Assembly (NCBI GenBank): GCA_964658305.1
Contig: OZ210885.1
Location: 19,592,001 to 19,656,000, forward strand
From: Leptogorgia sarmentosa
Lineage: Eukaryota
Reading direction: 5' to 3'
Length of the DNA: 64,000 nucleotides
Shown: in pieces, positions 39,535-49,880 of the stretch
How the letters are laid out: each line of letters opens with the position of its first letter
How positions within the stretch are numbered: the first letter of the stretch is position 1
The notes under the pieces: model-generated
Told to the model about the DNA's origin: nothing
The model's input: the letters and a program-made list of their open reading frames with translations, nothing else
Databases searched by the model: none
Translations under genes and position numbers: made by a program

Positions 39535-40399
39535 GCTTAATAAAGGGTCTTTCGTGGTCACGATGCTTGTGGTATTCTCATCTTGAAAGCAAGCTAAAGG
39601 TAAAGAGGCAGGAGCCCGAAGTCTCAACGTCTACTGGTGAGTGTGTGAGTGGCCAGGACTTCTAGCATGAGGCAAGGACCAAAGGGAAACCTGAGGAACC
39701 CTCCCGAAGGCCGAATCGCCGAAACCACTCGCCAGGATGGAAACAAGTGAACTGCGCACGCACAGTGTCACAACGACGGCTGGAAGGCCACGATCCTTGC
39801 GAATTGACATTCGCTCAATTCATGATAACAACGAGAACGATACCAGTTTCCTAACACGCGAAAAAGTACTGAAAGCTTTGCACGATGAAGGAATTAAAAA
39901 AGAAGACCTCCAGGGTCTCGAAATCCAAGGGAAACACACCGCCTACATGGTTTTTAAAACCTTCGGAACACGTAACAAGTTCCTCAACAAAAAGATTACT
40001 GCACGAGGACAACGACTTATCCTCGATCACCCGAACCTGATGTTCAACCGTCAACACACCACACTGGTGCATGTTTACAATTACCCCATTGACGGCGAGA
40101 CACACAACCTAACCACGGTATTGTACCAATACGGCAAACGCACCGGCGACGTCACAATTGTAAATGACAGCTACGGACTGGCCACAGGGGAACGAACAAT
40201 AGTAATGGAAATCAAAAAGGACATCCCATCATACGTTTTTGTCGGCAAACACCAGGTACGCATACGGTACTACCAACAACCACAAACATGCCTAAAATGT
40301 TACAAAATGGGCCACATTGCACGAGACTGCATTGGAGACGCAACGTGCAGAGAGTGCGGAGCCACTGACCATACACGGCGCGAATGCCGTTCGAATTAA
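39535..40399 (+). mobile_element. Tx1-clade element D: 5' UTR and ORF1, starting inside U1
   Basis: ORF1 39737-40399 is RRM-like with two CCHC knuckles (CLKCYKMGHIARDC, CRECGATDHTRREC); truncated. Confidence 0.75.
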
Positions 40400-41172
40400 G
40401 TTCAAGGATAACATCCAATTACGAGACTTCCGAGACAACTCCCTCCTTGCACCTTGGCAGAAGTTAGACATGATTCGCACCTTTGTCCAACCTTGCCTTA
40501 CCTATGCCCTTTGCGCAGGAGAACCCCTCAAAGCTTCCCTTACCAACTACCGGAAAAAACTAATGAAGTCATCCGTAACATCTCCAACCTCCCACTCTGT
40601 GCAACATCCCACATCATATTTGCCCCCATTAAAGTAGGTGGCCTCGGTTTCCAAGACCCGACAGCTGAAGTGGACGTCCAAACCATCACACAAGCTGGGT
40701 TGGCTCCCTAGGCACCTGGCATCCCGATAATGAAGCGGTTCCATCCAAGCTCCAGATGTCAAAATCCTACAAGTCTCTGTTCCGCAAACTGTGCTGCACT
40801 GATGTCATCAAAGGCTCTGCAGACATTTACTATAGCCATATCGTAGTTTAGTTAAAAACCATTGATGTACAATAACAAGCCTTTCTTGTTGTCTTCATTA
40901 TTATGCTGGTATTCCAAACCATTATAGTAACTTCTTACGTTAGTTGGTAACTTATCCAATCTAATACAAACGAACACTACTTATCATTATTCAAACAGTT
41001 CCCTGAAAGATCAATTTCTGAACTACATATATACGTCTCATAGGTTAAATGGGATAATTTATTAATTATTCACATAATTAGCATAATTATCACTATGTTA
41101 ATAGATTCTTGTTAGTAACTATGTCCAATCCTGTAAATAACTAGTTGATTTTCCGAAATAAATTGTGTATCA
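40400..41172 (+). mobile_element. Utopia-like element C, heavily deleted 3' remnant
   Basis: SLLAPWQKLDMIRTFVQP, GSLGTWHPDNE and YKSLFRKLCC. The 3' end joins U2 nt 39. Confidence 0.85.
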
Positions 41173-41344
41173 TCTGTTCTTATCAGCTTAATATCTGATA
41201 TGTTAGGCAATGTCCTAACTCATATATTAAACTGATTTTGATTGATATATTAAACTGACCTCGGCCATGGGATAGAAGCTTGCTTCGCCCTGGCCACGGG
41301 TTGTCTCGGTATTGCACTACCTCCGAGTACGGCCCACTTCCCCC
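41173..41344 (+). ncRNA. U2: U2 snRNA 3' part (from nt 39), Sm region rearranged
   Basis: Same U2 body, with a local duplication of ATATATTAAACTGA disrupting the Sm site. Confidence 0.9.
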
Positions 41345-41787
41345 AATTTCATTATTGGGGGAAGATTTCTCACTCACTATCAGTTCAAAATCAGTCTAAC
41401 AAATTATTCTTGCCTTTACAGATTGATCATCGCCGCGATCCGGCATTTGGCAGGAGAGATACGTATATATGATGCATTCAGTGCAGATGACCGACAACGA
41501 ATTATACTTGCATGGTAAGCAGCCTAACACATTCATGTTATAATAGTCTTGGGTAGCTCGTTGGACAAAAAAACAGCATCGCTGTTCACGAAATTTACAT
41601 TCATGGAATTTTTTGTAAGCTCGTATTGAATATGCGGGTCGAGAATTGTCGGAACGTGCAAACATGGTGCAGTCCGAGAGATCGTTCGATCCATCTATCG
41701 ACAGACAAACTCATCCCCATGCATTCGTTCCACAAGCATTCCTCGCGGTTGCAGCGTATAAAACGTAATTGTATGCGCCATGAAGTC

Positions 41788-41951
41788 ATACTTGCCTGAC
41801 GCGAGAGGCACCTTGATCAACTAGGAGGTCCTCTCAGGATGAGGCCCTTTCATTGCACTTCGACTGGGTTGACTCCTGCGATTACCCCTAATGTGGGTAA
41901 CTCGAGCGTATAATTTCTGGTAGTGGGGACCTGCGTTCGCGCTCGTCCCCT
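41788..41951 (+). ncRNA. U1: Full-length U1 snRNA (164 nt) with a variant 5' end
   Basis: ATACTTGCCTG start, GATCA loop I, CATTGCAC loop II, Sm site AATTTCTGG and the terminal hairpin GGGGAC...GTCCCC; flanks intact. Confidence 0.9.
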
Positions 41952-42550
41952 TTATCCTCATCTCATTATTCTCATTTCCAATACTCAAAACTGATATTAC
42001 AAATGTCGTCGCGTCGGCATCCTAGTTTATTGAAGGGACAACAATTCTATGTGCTCTTCCCACTGCAGGCCGCGTGTTTCACGAACAGGTGTAACTCGAT
42101 ACTACATCGCGGTCATTCGAAACTAATACACAACCATGCAATCGATATTGGATTACTCACACCTTGTTGTAGGCACGTCACGCGGAATGAATGAATGAGT
42201 CAATCGATACACGCGCTGCCAACTGATCATGCATTTTATACTAGACTTATGTTAAACAGCCATTTCCAATTCAAATGCACTCGTCATTTTTTCAACCGAA
42301 GCGCAACCGGACGCACTTCGTTCAACTCAATGCATGTCCCTCATTTGCCATTTGCGAATCGGTCGCGGAGCCAGCGAACCAAGGTAGGTCGGGAAAAAGC
42401 GCCACGTGCGCCTGCCAAAAAATCGCCAGAAATTCACGGAGAACACACGTGCGTCGCGAGGAGTTTCGCGCGTGCACCCGAATTAATTAGCAGCGCACAA
42501 ACGATTGATTGTACGCGTCATCATCGCCACGTGCCACAACGTTTGCGGCT

Positions 42551-45500
42551 TTAGGTAGTTTTCGAGACTTGGTTCTCGTTTTAAGTCACCTTGGTTAGTT
42601 GAGACTTGGTTCTCGTCCCCCTTTTTCGTGACTTGGTTTTCAAATTAGTGTTTTTTCGAGACTTGGTTCTCGTTTAATTTACTTCGAGACTTCGTTCTCG
42701 GTTTAGTGTGTTTTTGAGACTTGATTCTCGTCTAATTTAGTTCGCGAGACCTGGTTCTCGTCTTAAGCCCTTTTCTCCTTTTTTCTCTTTACTTTTTTGC
42801 GAGACTTTAGTTCTCGTATGTAATTTAGTAAATAAAACATAATTATTGTATAGTAATATCGTGTGGTGAGGATGATTCCTCACGTGAATCGCACTTGTGA
42901 TGTGATCCTCTCGGATCAAATAGAGGCTCATAGAGCCAACGTGAAGGAGGTCATCGATGACTTTCGTAGTCAAGTCACTCACTACACCTCCGTTTTCGAG
43001 GCAATCGTTATGATGGCCCCGGGCCGATTTCGAGTCACCTTTAAGGGTGCGCGGAAGATGGAGGCAGCCGAGCACTCCGGTTTGCTTGTGCGAGGCCTCC
43101 CTGTAACATTCAGGCCCATTTCGAAATATACCTGGGTAAACGTTACCCGCTTGTCATACGGCGTGCCTGATACAGAAATCACAAAGGCGTTGAGTGGTTT
43201 CGGTGAAATTAAAAAGATCTTGTCTGAGGTCTACTCACACATATAGAGACAACACAGGGTCAAAATGAACCTCCAAATAGTGAGGTGCGGCCCATGGAGG
43301 GCCAAGAGAATGTGCAGGTTCATGAAACCATGGCCAATTTACTGGACTCGGTGTCCTCTGAACCTCGCACGACATCCGGAAGTTCGGGCAGCGCCCCTAC
43401 TTCAGATGTGCCTCTTGCTCCATCGGGAGCTGGCGACTCCCAGACACCAGAGGCAAGTAGTTCCCGGCCTAAAGAACACCCTCCTACCCCACCGCCTTGT
43501 CGTAAGCGCCGTCGGTCCTCCAAATCTGCTGGTAAGGACCGTTCACGTTCTCCTCTCCGCAAGAATACCCATGTGGAGAGTGATGATGCATCTTCGCGTG
43601 AAGTGCCCCCTGCGACTGTCCATCCAGAGGTTGAGCATTCTACTCTTCCTGAGAATGTTCCCCTGCCAGAGGATGAGGAAACATACATCCCCTCCTTAAC
43701 GATTGGCACTCCTTCTATTGAAGGTACGTCAGATTTGGATTTCACTGTTGATGGATCGATTTCGGACCTTGGAAACGAATTATCGGATTCCCTTTTAACC
43801 CCTTTCGCCCCGGCTGGTGCTAGCTCCTCTACTGCAGCTGGCCCCTTGAATCTTTTACGACCAGAAGCAAATGTCGCTTCTGAAGAAACTCTTTTTTCTC
43901 AGCGCCCTTTTCCAGAAAGCGGTGCCCTTTCCGATGATGGATCGGATAGTTGCTTTTAGCAAGTTTTTTTTTTTTGTTAACCTAGCAATAATAATATAGT
44001 AAAATAATAATATAGTACTATAGTAAAATAGTAAAATAATATAACATAGTAAAATAGTATACCTCCCAAACAATTATGATGGATAACCAACAACTATCTC
44101 TCATCACCTTAAATATTCAGGGTTGCGTAATCCCCGAAATCGGAAAACCTTTTTCTCCTGGCTTAATTGTGCCAAGCCAGACATCATAGCTCTCCAAGAG
44201 ACCCATTGTCGATCGGTTGAAGAGTTTCAATCCTGGCTCGATACTGAATCACATGAAAATAATAATTTACAACATTATCTCGTAGAATCTTCTCCCGGTT
44301 CTATACGTAGTGCCGGCGTTGCATTACTTTACAAACCTAATTTTAAAATTGAGAAAGTCGCCAAAGATTCCGATGGCCGTCTTATAGTAGCCTGCTTTAA
44401 ACATATCAACCTGGAATCTGTGTTTCAAGTAGTTAATATATACGGTTCAAATAAAAAAAACGCTGGCATAGAATTTTTTGCTTCCTTACACCAGAAGATT
44501 GATCCAGCCCTTCCCATGATTTTATGTGGAGATTTTAATGTCGCCGTTGACCCGCAGGTCGGCCGGTTAGGGTGTAATCCAGATTCTCCCTGGGCTTATA
44601 ACTGGCCTGCATCTCTTTCCTCCTTAACAAATAGGTGTGATCTCGTCGATACGTGGCGTTTACACCACCCAAATGAACGTGCCTACACATGGCGGCGAGC
44701 CAATGGATCCCAAGCATCCAGATTGGATATGTTTTGGATCTCTTCTTCCCTGCACGAACATGTCTCCGAGGTGTCTATCCTTCCTTTTTTCCGTTCCGAT
44801 CACTCGTACGTTTTTCTTCAGGTGGCTTTTCCGACTCTGCCTGAACGAGGTCCTGGGGTATGGAAATTGAATACCTCGCTGTTGCGCGATGAAAATCTGT
44901 GCACAGAGGTCCGTTCTTTTTGGGTTTCGTGGCGGTCCGAAAAAGAGACTTTTCCGTCCTTGGCCGTTTGGTGGGATGCGGGCAAGGCTCGTCTAAAGGA
45001 TAAAATCCGTCAACCATATACCACTTAGAAACTGCCCTAGAACACCTTCACCGGCGGGAAACCAATGGCGAAGACGTAGCTCACCTTATAAAAGAGACCA
45101 AAGAAAAACTTGAACTGGAACATCTACATGCGGCAGAGGGCGCGCGCATTCGCAGTAAAGAGCAGTGGGCCGAGGAAGGTGAAACCTCTTCTGCCTTTTT
45201 TTTCCATCAGGAGAAAGCGAGAGCATCACGCCGTTTATTTACTGGCATTCGCGATGCACACGGCACTATAGTTAGATGTATTTCCGCCATTTTACGAGTT
45301 TGGTGCCTTTTTTATGTTCAGCTTTTTTCTGCATCCCTTTTATCTCCCTCGGATGAGTCTTTTTTCATAAACAGTTTAGATAAATCTCTCTTCTCTGAAG
45401 AAGCCCAGCTTTGTGAAGGAGAAGTCACATTACCTGAATGTCAGCGAGCTTTGAACTCGTTTAAACATAACAAATCTCCGGGTCTTGATGGCTTGCCATA

Positions 45501-47927
45501 CGAATTTTACCAGTCCTTTTGGGACATATTAGGACCTGATTTAGTTTCTGTTTATAATGATTGCTTGGCACGAGGTGCTCTTTCCTTTTCTCAGAGAACT
45601 GGATTAATCTCGCTTCTCTTTAAGAAAAACGACCGTTTGGATGTTAAGAATTGGCGGCCCATTTCCCTTCTATGCACCGATTATAAAATTTTATCCAAGG
45701 TGCTTACTAATCGGCTTAAAATAGTACTATCTTCTGTTATCTCGGAATCCCAAGCTTGTGGTGTTCCTGGCCGGTTTTCCGGGCTGAATGTACGGACGTT
45801 ACAAGATGTCGTTAACTTTTGTAATCGCCACAATACTGGAGGGGCTATTATCTCTTTAGATCAAGAGAAGGCCTTTGATCGGGTCGACTGGGGGTTCATG
45901 ATACGCACCTTAGAAAAAATGCATTTTGGTCCGTCCTTTTGTGCATGGGTCAAACTCCTGTACACCAATATTTTTTCTCGCGTCCTAGTTAATGGTTTTG
46001 CAAACTAAACATTAATAAAAGTCATGGTCTTCTTTTTGGCTCCTGGAAAAATAGAGTTGACCTACCTGTCCAACTCAATTGGTCTAGTGACGCCATAACA
46101 GTGTTGGGGTGTCGAGTTGCTAACGTAGAGTCTGCCGATTGGGACACTTTGGTAACAAAATTAGAGCAACAATTGTCTCTATGGAAACAGCGTCAGCTGT
46201 CTTTTAGGGGCAGAGCACTCATAATAAATACCTTGGGGCTGTCGCTCTTCTGGTACCAAGCGACGATTTTCGACCTGCCAAAAATGACGATTGCTAAAAT
46301 AAATAAAATCATTTCTCCTTTTGTTTGGGGGAAAAAGCGCGAATGGATGGCACGCACATCCGTCGTCCAGCCCATCGGAGACGGTGGTTTAAATATTGTG
46401 GACGTCACAAATAAAATTTTGTCCATTCGTGCCGTTTGGCTCCGTCGCTTTTTTGTCAACCATTTACACCCATGGTCTTGTTTTTTTTCGCACCACATTG
46501 AGGTGGTTTTCAATCAGTCGGTTACTGATGTTCTGGCTCGGGATCCCATCCCAGCGTACTTAATTAAAAAACTCCCTCCCAGTTATAGGGGTGTACTGTC
46601 CGCGTGGGTATCTCTACACGGCTGAAATGATCAGGGCGCTTGGGTTGTCCCTCGCCCTTCAGGACAATTGCTTCCTCTTGAAGAGCCGACTGCCAGTACG
46701 GCATACTCTCTTCTTTGCCGCTCCTCCACCATTGAGCATCGTTCTGTGGCAAAATTTCGAGACTCTGGCATTACTGTCGCATGGCCAGCTGCATGGGCCT
46801 CATTACACCTGTGGCGTTTTGTGCGGTCAGTCCAAGACACTGCTTGGCTGTCCTACCACGGTATCTTGCCCACGGCCGATCGTTTGGTTCGATTTGGCAT
46901 GAGGGTGGATCCACTGTGTTTTTGTGGTGCACACGAAAGCTTGTTGCACTTATTCACCTCTTGCCCCTTTTCAATCTCTATTACTGACTGGTTCCAGTCA
47001 GTTTTTGGTAAATTTCGGCCGAACGCGCCCTCACTGCCAGTGAGTACGATTTTATTTGGGTTCCCTCCCACCAGCCATGTGCCCGCTGTCTTTTCTGCCT
47101 TGCTGGGTGTGCTCCGCCACAGCATTTATAGCTCAATTGCAATGCCCAACGATTTGATCACGTTGCTCCTGACGTTACCACCTCCCTGAAGAAAGCAAAA
47201 ACCACCTTCCGCTTTCTGGTGCGAATGCACAAACGGCATTGCCCTTGGGACCAGTTCGTCCATGAGTGGCTGGCGGATGGAGTAATTGGCTCCCTTACCG
47301 AGCAAGATTGGATCCGGTTTACCAGGGATTTTATCACCTGATCCCCTTTTTCCTTCTTTCCTCCCTCTTTTCCTCTTTTCGTTCCTTATGTTCTACGTAG
47401 TGGTCTAGGGGCACGACGGTCGCCTTAACTGGTTGTACTGTCGTCGCCTTCTAGACTCGTCTGTTTTTGTGTTGTTGTCTCGGACTGGACAGCACATTTG
47501 TTTTATGTTCAATGTTGGTTCGTATTGTCCTCCCATGAAGATCTGGCGGTCGCCTTTATTGGTTGTACTGCCTGTATCGGATTGGGTTGTTTCTTTGTTC
47601 CAATTTTTGCCCTGTGGTTCGCTTGGACTTGTTCCGAGCGGGTTGCACAGGTGTTGATCTAGGGGTTGCTGCTCATGTTGTAATCGTTTAGCTTAACATC
47701 ATCGTCTGACCATTTCACCATCATTAGGTTAGGGATCCCTGGGCGTGAAGGTGGTTAGCACCGGATCGTTCAGGCCACTCACGGTTGCATCATGGCACGG
47801 GGGAGGGGCTCACGACCCCTGTCGATCCGCGTCACCTGTAGTGACCCCCCTGGGTGCGGCGACTTGTTTGGGTCCAGGCTCCATTGCACCGTCGGAGTCG
47901 ACAAGCCCGTCGTCGTTCAACTCAAAA
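42551..47927 (+). mobile_element. Tx1-clade element E, near full length with deletions; 3' end joined to U2 nt 22
   Basis: ORF1 from 42872 to 43959. ORF2 from 44076 to about 47340 includes APE motifs, KSPGLDGL, SLDQEKAFDRV and CFCG..ESLLHLF; the YADD region is deleted. The 3' UTR ends CTCAAAA|TAAGATCAAG. Confidence 0.85.
42563..42816 (+). repeat. Eight copies of the 16-bp hairpin motif CGAGACTTGGTTCTCG upstream of Tx1-E ORF1
   Basis: Copies at about 42563, 42600, 42627, 42657, 42685, 42715, 42745 and 42800, with T-rich linkers. Confidence 0.85.
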
Positions 47928-47965
47928 TAAGATCAAGTGTAGTATCTGTTCTTATCAGCTTAATA
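47928..47965 (+). ncRNA. U2: U2 snRNA internal fragment (nt 22-59) between two insertions
   Basis: TAAGATCAAGTGTAGTATCTGTTCTTATCAGCTTAATA, including the branch-point recognition sequence. Confidence 0.9.
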
Positions 47966-49880
47966 CACTTTTTCTTGAAGTGATCTCGGCAACGGGGAGC
48001 AATTAGTTGCTCCAGTCTGATAATTTATTATCTGACAACCAGCCATCGGACATCGGCATATGCGCTGTTGGGAGGTCCTTTAGAGACACTCGACTCGTAG
48101 CCTTTGGCCGCCTTTGCTGCTTAGTTAGGACACGCGCGGCTTAGTTCAGTGCTTATTTGCCTTCCTGCCTGGCTTTGCCTTGCCGGTTCGGCCAAATAAG
48201 TATTTGTCTAAGCGTTCAGGTCTGTGTTTAGCGGGTATCGTTCGTCTGCGGTCGTTCGATACTTTCTAGGCGCTCTCGCGTTAGCTACACGTGGTCGTTC
48301 TTCTTAGAACGCTTGCTTTACCGTGTGTAGTTGCCTGAGCGTCTAAGCTTCTCACAGGCAGTAGTTTTTACGTGTTACACGCCGGACGGTATACGCGTTA
48401 GTGTAGCGTGGTGGTTTTCCCTCACTCGAGGGTTTTTCCCGCCAGGCGGTGCTAACCTATCCTTGGTATAACACCCTCGTGCTAGGTATCCCTTCGGCCG
48501 AAGTTTTGATGCCAATTAATTATATTACGTGCTAATTAATTATTCACCTTTTCGACCGGCGTTCAAAACAACCGCGCGTTTCGTGCAGTTTCCCCCTGGC
48601 TTCGGCCAGGGTTGCGGCATCCGATAAGGTATTTTGCTAGTAGGTTATCCCGAGTATATCTGAGTGGCAGTCAACTATACGTGTGACCTCGACCCACGAA
48701 GTATACTCGAAGGCTTTGCGACCCGGTACAGTACATCCGTGCCTCGACAACGGTGCTCGCAAAGTCTTGCAAAATACCTTCCAAGTTAGGTCTGCTCTGT
48801 GCCTTTGCAGAGCTTTGAGACAAACAGTGTAGCAGTGTCTAGTTGTGGTCACGTGCTACCCCTAGCTTGGTTTTTATTTTCTCGTTTGTTTAACTCTTAA
48901 TTTTCACAACCAACCTTTGAAATTAGGTCTTTACTTTATCTTTTCTCTATCTTTCCTGTATGCTAGCCGGCACGCTCCGTACATCTTGGTTTTAAACGCT
49001 TGCTCTGTTGTCTCTTGTTGGGAGTTGACGTACAACATGGTCCCTGCAATTATGAAATGCGTCGTACCGTTCCCCAAAGAAGGATTACCTTGCCCGATAT
49101 GCAACAAGACCCAGCGAGACTCATCCACCTTCAAGACCCACGCGAAACGAGTTCACAAGTCACTGGATGTCCAAACACCCACAACTTGCTCTGTCTGCCA
49201 AAAGGAGTTCGATACCTTCAGAGCTGGTTCCGCACACTATGCCAAGACACACTTCACCAAGACCAAACCCAAAACCCCGGCTGCCCCTCAACTGGTCATC
49301 CCATCAACACCAGAGGCCTGTGCCATCGTTGAAGAATTGATCGACCGCTCCCCACCGCTGACTTGCGACATCGAACCTCCCTCCACCCAAGAACTCATCA
49401 CCGAACTCCTGCAAGCTTCACCTACCCGTCCCTTCACCCCAGTGTCACCAACCTCATCTGCCGAACCCTCTCCCTCATCCTGCACTGACAACGAACGCCC
49501 ACTTACGAGATCGCGCCTCCGATCCCCCCCAGCAGCCGTCGGAACATCTGCCCCCCTAGTGACTCCCAGATCACAGACCTCCCCCACACTATCCGCCACT
49601 ACCCCCGCCAAACAAACCCATCCGGGAGGAACATTTCTCCTCCACCAGCAACCACCCACCACCCCTCAACAGAAGCCAGACGACGCCTGGCCAACCTAGA
49701 GAGACTCCGTGCCACCCTTGCCACAGACCCTGATACAACCGATACCCCACCACCAACCACCCAGCTATCCAACCCCCCACCCTCACCACCTGCAGTCCCA
49801 GCCTCCCAACCACCCATTCCTGAACCACATACCCCCGAAGCACCCCCACTGTATCTGACTGTATCGATGCGGCATTAGCC
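47966..49880 (+). mobile_element. Utopia-like element D: long 5' UTR and N-terminal zinc-finger region, 3' truncated
   Basis: Starts right after U2 nt 58/59. The ORF (about 49036-49699) has two C2H2 fingers (CPICNK...HAKRVH; CSVCQK...HYAKTH) and a Pro/Ser/Thr-rich linker like that of element A. No RT is retained, so the assignment rests on position and architecture. Confidence 0.7.

Larger units (their letters stand above)
25980..47965 (+). repeat. Degraded tandem U2-U1 snRNA gene array (unit about 1.5 kb)
   Basis: The U2-to-U1 spacer recurs at 39115-39506 and 41345-41787. The U1-to-U2 spacer recurs at 26030-26381, 34185-34544, 37100-37367 and 41952-42550. Confidence 0.9.

Noticed and set aside
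41952..42554. ORFs in the snRNA spacers (also 26022-26258, 37053-37244 and 39029-39296)
   Set aside because: These are chance frames in repeated non-coding spacer or snRNA sequence, and the frames are not preserved between copies.
42563..42816. CRISPR-like array of palindromic repeats with variable spacers
   Set aside because: The repeats are only 16 bp, the linkers are short, low-complexity and uneven, there are no cas genes, and the context is a eukaryotic retrotransposon leader.
48010..48030. Hammerhead ribozyme in the Utopia-D leader
   Set aside because: The sequence is CTGATAA rather than the CTGANGA core, and there is no correctly placed GAAA.
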